Assembly: GCA_009783695.1 (NCBI GenBank) | Contig: WRCY01000004.1 | Location: 8 to 64,007, forward strand | DNA length: 64,000 nucleotides | Origin: Oscillospiraceae bacterium | GTDB lineage: Bacteria; Bacillota; Clostridia; Oscillospirales; Ruminococcaceae | Direction of reading: 5' to 3' | Shown here: positions 19,858 to 27,774 of the stretch, one piece after another | Numbering within the stretch: the stretch's first letter is position 1 | Layout of the letters: each line of letters begins with the position of its first letter | Translations under genes and position numbers: made by a program | Notes under the pieces: generated by a model | Told to the model about the DNA's origin: nothing | Database searches by the model: none | What the model saw: only the letters and a program-made list of their open reading frames with translations

Positions 19858-19888
19858 AGGGGCGGCTATTATGCCGCCCTTTTCTTTT
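19858..19888 (+). terminator. Intrinsic terminator
   Basis: aggggcggc-tattat-gccgccct followed by tttcttttat. Confidence 0.85.
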
Positions 19889-19904
19889 ATAGGAAACAAC
19901 CGCC

Positions 19905-20072
19905 CTATAGCTTATCATCTTTATGAAATTCTCTTAAAATCCTAATGATTATCATTTTTGCGGCACTTGAAATCCTGCAGTTTTCGCTTATGGCAAAGTA
20001 AGCTAATGCCTTGTATTGCCTGGGCTCCAATGTAATTGAGATTTTCTTTTTGGGTTCATTTGATTTTAACAT
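19905..20072 (-). CDS. Ribbon-helix-helix (CopG/Arc-like) small protein (55 aa)
   Basis: The ATG at 20072 is preceded by a strong SD (ttaaggaggaactcaaaATG). KKISITLEPRQYKAL is a typical RHH beta-strand plus helix. AT-rich. Confidence 0.65.
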   Translation of the reverse strand: MLKSNEPKKKISITLEPRQYKALAYFAISENCRISSAAKMIIIRILREFHKDDKL

Positions 20073-20103
20073 TTTGAGTTCCTCCTTAAATAATATATTA
20101 ATT

Positions 20104-20172
20104 ATATCTGATTTCAAGATAATTGTCAATATCTTAATTTAAGATATATATTAATATCTTAATATGAGATAT
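20104..20172. promoter_or_regulatory. Three operator-like 19-bp palindromes spaced 25 bp apart
   Basis: A perfect ATATCTTAA-T-TTAAGATAT palindrome at 20129-20147 is flanked by imperfect copies at 20104-20122 and 20154-20172. Confidence 0.65.
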
Positions 20173-20199
20173 ACTATTTTATTTATGAGGTGATTAAAA

Positions 20200-20445
20200 A
20201 TGCGTTATGAAATACTAAAATATGAAAGAATAAGAAATTTTCGTGTGGATAAGGATTTATCCCAAATAACTGTAGCAAATGAATTAAACATAGCACAAAA
20301 TACACTTTCTCAATATGAATTAGGAATAAATAATATTCCAAATGAGATTTTAATTAAGCTTGCTCTATTCTATGAAACAAGCACGGATTATCTTTTAAAT
20401 CTCACCGATAACCCAAAACCGTACAAACGCAAAAGCGGGGCTTAA
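20200..20445 (+). CDS. XRE-family helix-turn-helix protein (81 aa)
   Basis: LSQITVANELNIAQNTLSQYELG is a classic HTH_3 motif. SD sequence gaggtga. Divergent from the RHH gene. Confidence 0.85.
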   Translation: MRYEILKYERIRNFRVDKDLSQITVANELNIAQNTLSQYELGINNIPNEILIKLALFYETSTDYLLNLTDNPKPYKRKSGA

Positions 20446-20615
20446 GCCCCGCTCTTTCTGCGCTTTTTCACGCACTCGTTCAGTAAATATTCAATCTGCC
20501 CGTTCAGCGAACGGAAGTCGTCCTCCGCCCACGCCGACAGCTCTCGCCAGAGCGAAGCCGATAAACGCAGCGGAATCTGCTTTTTTTCAAGACTTTTATC
20601 ATTAAAAGCCGCCAT
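20442..20615 (-). CDS. Arc/RHH-family small DNA-binding protein (57 aa; not in the ORF track)
   Basis: Hand translation: MAAFNDKSLEKKQIPLRLSASLWRELSAWAEDDFRSLNGQIEYLLNECVKKRRKSGA. Starts 14 nt after the SPFH stop codon. Its 3' end overlaps the XRE gene 3' end by 4 nt. Confidence 0.7.
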   Translation of the reverse strand: MAAFNDKSLEKKQIPLRLSASLWRELSAWAEDDFRSLNGQIEYLLNECVKKRRKSGA

Positions 20616-20628
20616 TAAATCAACCCCT

Positions 20629-21621
20629 TTAATACAGCGACCCGCTGTTTACAACCGGCTGGGCGTCCCTGTTGCCGCAGAGCACCACCAAAAGATTGCT
20701 TACCATCGCCGCCTTGCGCTCCTCGTCAAGGTTTACGATTTGCTTCTCGTTCAGCTTACCCAGCGCCATCTCCACCATGCCGACCGCGCCGTCCACTATC
20801 ATCTTGCGCGCGTCCACAATCGCGGACGCCTGCTGCCTTTGCAGCATGATTGCGGCGATTTCCTGCGCATAGGAGAGATGCGTGATTCTCGCCTCGATAA
20901 TTTCGAGCCCCGCGATGTCCACCTTTGCCTGGATTTCATCTTTAAGCTTATCCGCTATTTCCTGGCTGCTTCCGCGCAGGGACTTCTCGTTGTCGCCGTC
21001 CGAAACGTCATAGGGATAAAGCCTTATAATATTGCGCAGCGCGCTGTCGCACTGTATGGACAGGTACTCCTTGTAGTTATCGACGCAGAAGACCGCCTTT
21101 GCGGTGTTCGTCACGCGCCAAATCACGTTTATGCCGATGATTACGGGATTGCCGAGCAGGTCGTTGATTTTCTGCTGCTCGTTTGAAAGCGTCATGCTTT
21201 TGAGCGAGATTTTTTTATTGTTAAGGCCCGCCGCGCTTGCTCCCGGAGCCGCGACTTTTTCAGTGACCGTCGCCGTCGTCGTGTTAAACGCAGGGTTCAC
21301 CGCGCTCACAAACGGATTCACCCAAAAGAAGCCGTCGCCCTTGAGCGTTCCGTAGTATTTGCCGAAAAGCGTGAGCACGAGCGCCTCGTTGGGTTTTAAA
21401 ACCCGCAGCCCCGCGAATAAGAACCAGCAAATTAACGCTAAGTAAATCATACCCGAAACCAAAAACACAGTGCCGGAGCTGTCGCCCTTTTCAAGCCTTG
21501 TTATACCGATGATAACCCCGACGACGGACGTAATCATCAGCAGCAGGTTTATAATCAGCACAGTCATGCCGCTTGCTGCTTTTGCGGGGATTTCCACGCT
21601 TACAGCTTTCTTGTTTTTCAT
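20629..21621 (-). CDS. SPFH/band-7 (stomatin/prohibitin-like) membrane protein
   Basis: Two N-terminal TM segments, then an SPFH-like core (LVLTLFGKYYGT...FWVNPF...) and a coiled-coil C-terminal region. Confidence 0.8.
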   Translation of the reverse strand: MKNKKAVSVEIPAKAASGMTVLIINLLLMITSVVGVIIGITRLEKGDSSGTVFLVSGMIYLALICWFLFAGLRVLKPNEALVLTLFGKYYGTLKGDGFFWVNPFVSAVNPAFNTTTATVTEKVAAPGASAAGLNNKKISLKSMTLSNEQQKINDLLGNPVIIGINVIWRVTNTAKAVFCVDNYKEYLSIQCDSALRNIIRLYPYDVSDGDNEKSLRGSSQEIADKLKDEIQAKVDIAGLEIIEARITHLSYAQEIAAIMLQRQQASAIVDARKMIVDGAVGMVEMALGKLNEKQIVNLDEERKAAMVSNLLVVLCGNRDAQPVVNSGSLY

Positions 21622-21714
21622 TATGATTTCCTCCTTGTATATGATTATGATATAATTATCATATCACATTCATTTCACATTGTCAATACCTCGCGGTAAA
21701 TTTTTTCATTTTTA

Positions 21715-21794
21715 TTACAGAGCGGTTTCAAAATATTACAGTCCGATTACAAAAACCGGACTGTTGATTACAGTTTGGTTACAGAGCCGTTACA
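21715..21794 (+). promoter_or_regulatory. Array of six TTACA(G/A) direct repeats in helical phase
   Basis: TTACA occurs at 21715, 21736, 21747, 21768, 21779 and 21790 (spacings 21, 11, 21, 11, 11), directly upstream of a consensus promoter. Confidence 0.6.
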
Positions 21795-21808
21795 ATTCGG
21801 ATATTCGC

Positions 21809-21837
21809 TTGACATGCGGATATTTCACGATTATAAT
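21809..21837 (+). promoter_or_regulatory. Consensus sigma-A-type promoter
   Basis: TTGACA (21809-21814), 17-nt spacer, TATAAT (21832-21837). Confidence 0.75.
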
Positions 21838-21903
21838 ATAAACATGGAAGGCAAAAATGCCTCTCACAAAAAAGAAAACAAAAACAAACGGAGGTAAACT
21901 ATT

Positions 21904-22212
21904 ATGAAAAAAGCACTTTTACTTATCACAATTTTGGCACTTTCCCTTTCGGTACTTTTTGTCGGCTGTAACGACGAAAAAGATGAACCCGAGGTGATAA
22001 ATCCTGTGAACGATGTTAATGACATTGACGATGCAGATGATGTTGACGACGCAGACGATGTTGATGACGCTGATGATGTTGACGACGCTGATGACGCGGA
22101 CGACGCTGATGATGTTGACGACGCTGATGACGCTGATGATGTTGACGACGCAGACGACGCTGACGACGCGGACGACGCTGATGATGTGGAAGAAGAAACC
22201 GACGAAGAATAA
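21904..22212 (+). CDS. Small lipoprotein with an extreme Asp-rich (DADDV/DADDA)n repeat
   Basis: Signal peptide with lipobox LFVGC, then about 60 residues that are almost only D, A and V, encoded by a degenerate DNA tandem repeat at 22020-22190. Confidence 0.7.
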   Translation: MKKALLLITILALSLSVLFVGCNDEKDEPEVINPVNDVNDIDDADDVDDADDVDDADDVDDADDADDADDVDDADDADDVDDADDADDADDADDVEEETDEE

Positions 22213-22231
22213 TAAGTTAGTTGTGCAAAGG

Positions 22232-22262
22232 AAACGCGGAGCCTATAAGCTCCGCGTTTTCT
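22232..22262. terminator. Bidirectional intrinsic terminator
   Basis: aaacgcggagc-ctataa-gctccgcgtttt. Confidence 0.8.
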
Positions 22263-23607
22263 ATACTTTTGTTTTCTCTTTCAGCCGTTTCATAATCACA
22301 AAATACGCCGGAATAAGCACCATGTCCGCGAGCAGCCACGACAGCGGCCCTGCAAAAACTGCACCCCGAAACCCGAATCTTTCCACTAAGAAAAACGCAA
22401 CGAAAATCCGCGCCGCCAGCTCGCAAACTCCGGCAGACATCGCCATGAAGCTGTAACCCAGACCCTGCACAGAATTGCGGAAGACAAACAAAGTCCCGAT
22501 TGTGAAGAAAGACAGCGCCATTATACGCAGCTGAAACCCTACATTCTCTATTATTTCCGTTTCCGCCGCGCCCACAAAAAGCGTGGCGAGCCCGCGCCCG
22601 AAAAACCACGCAATCAATCCCGCGACAAAGAAGCTGTAAATGAGCTGAATAAGCATTGAAATGCGTATTCCCTGCCGTATGCGCGCGAGTTTTCCCGCGC
22701 CCAGATTCTGCCCGCAGAACGTCGCCATCGTAATTCCCAGGGTTTCCAGCGGCATGAATAAAAACAGCGAAATCCTGTTGCCTGTCGTGAGCGAGGCGAT
22801 TGCAACCGTTCCCAGCCCGTTGACAGCCTTCTGCAGAATCAACGAACCGAGTGCGGTAATCGAGAACTGCAGCCCCATAGGCAGGCCCATCGACAGCAGC
22901 TTCTTCGCATGCCTGCCTGAGAATCTTTTTTCGTCTTTAGTAAAGCGCAGAATCGGGTAGCTGCGCCTGATGAATATAAAACAAAGAATTGCCGAAACGC
23001 TCTGCGCTATTACTGTCCCGAGCCCTATATAACGCACATCATGAAGCCCGAGCACCACCACAAAAAGCAGATTGAGCCCCACGTTTATGAGTGACGAAAG
23101 CGCAAGAAAGTACAGCGGAGTCTTGCTGTCGCCGAGCGCGCGCAGCAGGCATGCCTGGATATTATAGGCAATCGCCACCGGTATCCCGCCGAAGATGAAA
23201 ATTATATACGAGTATGACATGTTTATAATTTCATCGGGCACATCCATGAACTGCAGCAGCTGCCGCGTGAAAAGCATGGTGAGCGTGGTCAGCAGCACCG
23301 CAAAAAAAGCACAAAGATAAACGGCGTTCGCCGCGAAACGCCGCATTTCCGATATGTCGCCCGCCCCGAACCGCTGTGATACCGGTATGCAAAAGCCGCT
23401 GCACAGCCCGATGACGAAGCCGATTACAAGGAAGTTAAGCGCTCCCGTCGTACCTACCGCCGCCAGCGCGTCGGGCCCTATGAACCGCCCTACTATTATG
23501 GTGTCGGCAACGTTGTAAAACTGCTGGAAGATTGTCCCGAGCAGCAGCGGGATTGAAAATCTTATAATAATGGGCAGGAGCCTGCCCTTTGTCATATCTC
23601 GGACCAT
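22261..23607 (-). CDS. MATE-family efflux transporter
   Basis: 448 aa with 12 hydrophobic segments. The N-terminal motif (IIRFSIPLLLGTIFQQFYNVADTIIVGRF) is typical of MATE proteins. Confidence 0.9.
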   Translation of the reverse strand: MVRDMTKGRLLPIIIRFSIPLLLGTIFQQFYNVADTIIVGRFIGPDALAAVGTTGALNFLVIGFVIGLCSGFCIPVSQRFGAGDISEMRRFAANAVYLCAFFAVLLTTLTMLFTRQLLQFMDVPDEIINMSYSYIIFIFGGIPVAIAYNIQACLLRALGDSKTPLYFLALSSLINVGLNLLFVVVLGLHDVRYIGLGTVIAQSVSAILCFIFIRRSYPILRFTKDEKRFSGRHAKKLLSMGLPMGLQFSITALGSLILQKAVNGLGTVAIASLTTGNRISLFLFMPLETLGITMATFCGQNLGAGKLARIRQGIRISMLIQLIYSFFVAGLIAWFFGRGLATLFVGAAETEIIENVGFQLRIMALSFFTIGTLFVFRNSVQGLGYSFMAMSAGVCELAARIFVAFFLVERFGFRGAVFAGPLSWLLADMVLIPAYFVIMKRLKEKTKV

Positions 23608-23627
23608 TTATTATCCTTCGCGCTCTT

Positions 23628-24080
23628 TCACGCAAAAACCTCTTTCAGTTTCTTCTCCAAGTCCGCGCACTCGCTCTCATAAACAAGCAGCGAAATCTCG
23701 TCAAGCCCCGTAGTCACGAGCAGCGGTAGGCAGTCCATCTCGCGCAGCACGTTCATCACGCGTGAAGCGAAGCCCGTATTGTTCACCATCTCGTCTGATT
23801 TTATAGTAACCTTAACGTTGCCGACGTTTATCATCGGCGTGAGGTTTCTTGAAATCTGGTTAATAATTGAGATGAGCTTCGGCATGTCCTCGTCTGAAAA
23901 AGTAAAACCGAAGCTTATTTTTTCCGACGCGGCGGGAGCCTGCGAAATCATGTCTATGTTTATGCCCGCCTCGGCGGACTGCCCGAACACCTCGCAGATA
24001 AACGTGTTCTGGTGCGAAACAGCCACGTTATTGAATGTAACAATAGAAATCCCATACGTCGTTATAATTTGAGTAGACAT
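23628..24080 (-). CDS. ACT-domain protein
   Basis: 150 aa with two ACT-like repeats. Located downstream of dapB, as in other Clostridia. Confidence 0.7.
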   Translation of the reverse strand: MSTQIITTYGISIVTFNNVAVSHQNTFICEVFGQSAEAGINIDMISQAPAASEKISFGFTFSDEDMPKLISIINQISRNLTPMINVGNVKVTIKSDEMVNNTGFASRVMNVLREMDCLPLLVTTGLDEISLLVYESECADLEKKLKEVFA

Positions 24081-24158
24081 AATTTAAAGAGTCCTTTCCT
24101 CACAAAATCGAAATGAAAACAACGCTCTCCCCGATTCAATTTAATTTATTTCAAACCT
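24081..24158 (-). repeat. Leader cassette copy LC6 (fills the dapB-ACT gap)
   Basis: Reverse complement: GGTTTGAAATAAATTAAATTGAATCGGGGAGAGCGTTGTTTTCATTTCG..GTGAGGAAAGGACTCTTTAAATTATG. Confidence 0.85.
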
Positions 24159-24164
24159 GTTCCT

Positions 24165-24935
24165 TTATATTACAGCGTTTAATAAATCCGTCATGCTATA
24201 AAGCCCGTTTTCTTTTCCCGCCATGAACAGCGCTGCGTTTACAGCTCCGTTCGCGAAAACCTCCCGCGACAGCGCGGAATGTGAAAGCGAGATAATCTCA
24301 TCGTGCCCCGCAAAAATAATCTCGTGCTCGCCCACGATTGTCCCGCCGCGGATTGCGTGAATCCCGAGCTCGTTCTTCGTGCGCGGCTGATGCTTCCCGC
24401 TGCGCCCGTAAACGTATTTTAAAGTGTTCCCACGCTCCTCGTTGAGCGCGTCAGCGAGCATGAACGCCGTGCCCGAGGGTGCGTCAACCTTGCGGTTATG
24501 ATGCTTTTCTATCACTTCCATGTCGTACTGCCCGCTCTTTTCAGATAATACCCGTGCCGCGCGCCGCGCCAGGTCGCTTAGCAGATTAATCCCCAGCGAC
24601 ATATTCCCCGTAAAGAACACGGGAATATGCGCCGCCGCAGATTTGATTCCTGCGACTTCCTCCTCCGAGTAACCCGTGGTCGCAATCACAACGGGGACGC
24701 CGCACGTTTTGCAAAACGCAAGTATGTCGCCGAGCGAGGACGGATGTGAAAAATCCAGGACTACGTCCGGCTTTTCCGCAATATCGCCGATTCTGCAGTA
24801 CATCTCAAAGCCGGCGTATTTCTCGCACCGGCAGTCAATTCCCGCGCTTATTTCACAATCGCCGCGCCCCGCGACAAGCCCCGCAATCACGCGTCCCATT
24901 CTCCCGCACGCGCCGGATAATGCAATCTTTGTCAT
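24165..24935 (-). CDS. dapB: 4-hydroxy-tetrahydrodipicolinate reductase
   Basis: GACGRMG NAD-binding motif and EKHHNRKVDAPSGTA. Start moved to MTKIALSG at 24935. Confidence 0.93.
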   Translation of the reverse strand: MTKIALSGACGRMGRVIAGLVAGRGDCEISAGIDCRCEKYAGFEMYCRIGDIAEKPDVVLDFSHPSSLGDILAFCKTCGVPVVIATTGYSEEEVAGIKSAAAHIPVFFTGNMSLGINLLSDLARRAARVLSEKSGQYDMEVIEKHHNRKVDAPSGTAFMLADALNEERGNTLKYVYGRSGKHQPRTKNELGIHAIRGGTIVGEHEIIFAGHDEIISLSHSALSREVFANGAVNAALFMAGKENGLYSMTDLLNAVI

Positions 24936-25025
24936 CTTTCCCCATTCCTTTTGCCGTCGGCAAACGACAATAATCATCTCTCAAATGGTGGATTTAATCA
25001 TTTAAGTATATTTCAATTTAACTGA

Positions 25026-25913
25026 TTATAACAATCCTATTTTAACCATTTCCGCCTTTAGCAGTGCAATTTTCCCCTCGTCCATGTCGCACAGCGGCAG
25101 CCGCGCGCTTCCCGCGTCTATGCCGAGCAGCTTCAGCGCATGCTTTACAGGCACAGGATTCACGTCCATGAACAGCCCCTCGGCATGCATGAAACGCGCA
25201 TATTTCTGCTGAAGCCGCCCCGCCTCGAGCACATTACCGCTAAGGCAGAGCTCGCAGATTTTATGTACAACCTCGGGAACCACGTTGCCCATTACCGAAA
25301 TCACGCCCTTGCCGCCGAGCGCGAGCACGGGCACGTTCATGTAGTCGTCGCCGCTGTAAATATCCAGGCCCGATTCGTTGATTAAAGTCGAGAAATACGC
25401 AACATTCCCGCCCGATTCTTTAACGGCCGTGATGTTCGGATACTCCGCAAGCTCTTTAAAAGTCGCAAGCTCAATATTTATGCCTGTTCTTGAGGGTATG
25501 TTATACAGCATAATCGGAATATTCGTCTTGTCCGCGACCGCGCCGAAGTGCTTTACCAAGCCTTTCTGAGAGGTTTTATTATAATACGGCGAAACAAGCA
25601 GAAGCGCGTCCGCGCCGGCTTTCTCCGCTTCCATAGACAGCTCGGCCATATAGGCGGTATCGTTGCTGCCCGTCCCCGCTACAACTGCCGCTCTTTTCGC
25701 GGTCTTCTCCGCGGCAAAGCGGATACATTCAATGTGCTCCTCGTCGGTCATGGTGCTCGCCTCGCCCGTGGTGCCGCAGATAATCAGCCCCTGTATGCCG
25801 CCTTTAATCTGCCGCTCGATAAGTTCCCCGAACAGGGGATAATTTATACTTCCGTCGGCGTTCATGGGTGTAACGAGCGCCACGCCGGAGCCGGTATAAA
25901 TTGAATTACTCAT
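25026..25913 (-). CDS. dapA: 4-hydroxy-tetrahydrodipicolinate synthase
   Basis: GVALVTPM...GTTGE...YNIPSRTG motifs; 295 aa. Confidence 0.95.
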   Translation of the reverse strand: MSNSIYTGSGVALVTPMNADGSINYPLFGELIERQIKGGIQGLIICGTTGEASTMTDEEHIECIRFAAEKTAKRAAVVAGTGSNDTAYMAELSMEAEKAGADALLLVSPYYNKTSQKGLVKHFGAVADKTNIPIMLYNIPSRTGINIELATFKELAEYPNITAVKESGGNVAYFSTLINESGLDIYSGDDYMNVPVLALGGKGVISVMGNVVPEVVHKICELCLSGNVLEAGRLQQKYARFMHAEGLFMDVNPVPVKHALKLLGIDAGSARLPLCDMDEGKIALLKAEMVKIGLL

Positions 25914-25990
25914 ATTCCATTAAGTCCTTTCTTCAATAATTGCAGTGTAAAAATATTGTCTTCTCCGATTATCAGTGACTATTTTCAAAT
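25914..25990 (-). repeat. Leader cassette copy LC7 (fills the asd-dapA gap; degenerate hairpin)
   Basis: Reverse complement: TTTGAAAATAGTC..ATAATCGGAGAAGAC....GAAGAAAGGACTTAATGGAATATG. Confidence 0.7.
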
Positions 25991-26002
25991 TTTAAATTCT
26001 TT

Positions 26003-27091
26003 TTAATCAAAATACCCTTTACTCATCAGCAGCTCCGCCGTCAGTACCGCGCCGCCCGCTGCGCCGCGCAGCGTATTGTGCGAAAGCCCGATAAACTTAT
26101 AGTCGTACTGGCTGTCCTCGCGCAGCCGCCCGACAGCAACCCCCATGCCGTTATAAAGCCCGCGGTGCAGCTTGGTCTGCGGGTAGCTTTCCTCCTCGAA
26201 ATAAGTGAGGAATTTTTCAGGCGCAGAGGGCAGCGATTCCGATAAGCCGCCGAACCCGTTCCAAATCTTTATTATCTCTTCTTTGCCCGGCTTGTTCTCA
26301 AACCGCACGTAAACCGCCGCCAAATGCCCGTCGGACACGGGAACACGCACGCACTGTGCCGTTATGTTTATGCCCGCCGCATCGCGGATTACGCCGTCCT
26401 CTATCTTACCCCAAATCTTGAGCGGTTCTTTCTCAGATTTTTCCTCCTCGCCACCGCCGATATAGGGAATCACGTTGTCCTGCATTTCCTCCCAGTCGCA
26501 AAGCTTCTTGCCCGCTCCCGAAACCGCCTGATACGTGCAGGCGAGCACGTCCTTTACCCCGAACGGGAGGAGCGGGTGCAGCGCGGGGACATAGCTTTGT
26601 ATCGAGCAGTTGGACTTCACCGCGATGAAGCCGCGCTTTGTACCGAGGCGTTTTCGCTGCGCATGAATAACCTCGGCATGCCCGGGGTTCACCTCGGGTA
26701 TAATCATAGGCACGTCGGGCGTTTTTCTGTGCGCCGAGTTGTTTGAAATAACAGGGCACTCCGCCCTCGCGTACGCTTCCTCAAGCGCTATGATTTCGTC
26801 CTTTTTCATATCCACGGCGCAGAAAACAAAATCGCATTTTGAAGCAACGCTGCTTATGTCAGAAGCGTCAAGAACCGTCATATTTTTCATATTTTCGGGA
26901 ACACGCCCGCCTGAGGCCTCCATCATCCAGCGGTTTTCGTTTTCCATCAGCTCGCCGTAAGCCTTGCCCGCCGAGCGCGGCGAAGCCGCAAGCGCCGTAA
27001 CTTCAAACCAGGGGTGATTCTCGAGCAGCAGCGCAAACCGCTGACCTACCATTCCCGTTGCGCCGATAATGCCGGCATTTAATTTTTTCAT
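26003..27091 (-). CDS. asd: Aspartate-semialdehyde dehydrogenase
   Basis: GATGMVGQRF N-terminus and active-site region SNCSIQ; 362 aa; located upstream of dapA-dapB. Confidence 0.93.
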   Translation of the reverse strand: MKKLNAGIIGATGMVGQRFALLLENHPWFEVTALAASPRSAGKAYGELMENENRWMMEASGGRVPENMKNMTVLDASDISSVASKCDFVFCAVDMKKDEIIALEEAYARAECPVISNNSAHRKTPDVPMIIPEVNPGHAEVIHAQRKRLGTKRGFIAVKSNCSIQSYVPALHPLLPFGVKDVLACTYQAVSGAGKKLCDWEEMQDNVIPYIGGGEEEKSEKEPLKIWGKIEDGVIRDAAGINITAQCVRVPVSDGHLAAVYVRFENKPGKEEIIKIWNGFGGLSESLPSAPEKFLTYFEEESYPQTKLHRGLYNGMGVAVGRLREDSQYDYKFIGLSHNTLRGAAGGAVLTAELLMSKGYFD

Positions 27092-27328
27092 ATTTTTGTC
27101 AAGTCCTTTCTTTGCTAATACTAATATCCGATAAAAACAATGACAAATTTTGCGAATGTTTTTATTGTCAGGCGAGGAAAAAAGCGTAGGAATAATTTGA
27201 TTATTCCGAGCATTTTTGACGAAGCATAGCAGTAAAAAAACCGCAAAGCTGTCAATGTTTTAATTGGATATTAGTATAAAGAGGAAGAAAACAACATTTC
27301 CCCGATTCATGAGGATTTTGTTTCAACC
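27092..27328 (-). repeat. Leader cassette copy LC8, split by a 163-bp palindromic insertion
   Basis: The SD half is at 27092-27115 (GCAAAGAAAGGACTTGACAAAAATATG in sense). The hairpin half is at 27279-27328 (GGTTGAAACAAAATCCTCATGAATCGGGGAAATGTTGTTTTC). Confidence 0.75.
27116..27278. repeat. Palindromic MITE-like element PE-B
   Basis: Terminal inverted repeats taatactaatatccgataaaaacaatgacaa and ttgtcaatgttttaattggatattagtata. Confidence 0.8.
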
Positions 27329-27361
27329 TTTATCTTTCTCCTGCACATTATTATTATAATC

Positions 27362-27687
27362 AATTAACTTGAAAATGCTAACGCATTTTCAAGGTGCAGC
27401 GGTCGCCGCACAGCCGCGCAGCGGCTTAGGAATTGCCGATAAATAAAGTTGTCAGGTTTACCTCCGTGTTTTTGTCGGCAGGCAAGGCAAATTTTCCGCG
27501 AATATCCGTCGATATTTAAGGAAAATTTAACGCAGCATGGTGGCAAAAATACAAGGCAAACGTCAAGTTTATTTGTTGGCGGTTCCTTAATTTGATTGTA
27601 TAGTTGATTACGCGCTTAAAGCGCGCAAGCGATAAGCTTTGCTTGCCGGAAAAACAGCAAAGCGGTTTTTAAAGTTAATCAACTATA
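27362..27687. repeat. Composite palindromic element PE-C1 with a nested element at 27429-27586
   Basis: The outer ends match the 30981-31144 element (aacttgaaaatgctaacgcattttcaaggtgc..., ...aagttaatcaactata). The inner element has TIRs ggaattgccgataaataaagttg and caagtttatttgttggcggttcc. Confidence 0.75.
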
Positions 27688-27718
27688 TTATTCTATTTAA
27701 TAAATGTACCACAAAAAT

Positions 27719-27768
27719 GCAGTTTTGTCAACCTCTCGCTTGACAAAACTGCAGCCGTTATATATAAT
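27719..27768 (+). promoter_or_regulatory. Consensus promoter whose -35 box lies in a 13-bp perfect inverted repeat
   Basis: gcagttttgtcaa (27719-27731) pairs with ttgacaaaactgc (27740-27752). TTGACA is at 27740-27745, spacer is 17 nt, TATAAT is at 27763-27768. The ATG begins 7 nt after the -10 box. Confidence 0.7.
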
Positions 27769-27774
27769 TAATAT

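Noticed and set aside
22013-22609. ORFs 22013-22456 (+) and 22217-22609 (-), which overlap the Asp-repeat region and the MATE gene.
   Set aside because: They are alternative-frame readings of a tandem DNA repeat and the antisense strand of the MATE transporter gene. No independent support exists.
27092-27360. An expected lysine (L-box) riboswitch upstream of asd-dapA-dapB.
   Set aside because: I could not find the conserved L-box core elements. The region is accounted for by a leader cassette split by a palindromic element.
27364-27546. A 60-aa ORF (minus strand) in the asd-vanY intergenic region.
   Set aside because: It lies wholly within nested palindromic repeat elements, has no SD, and has a Cys/Arg-rich artefactual translation.
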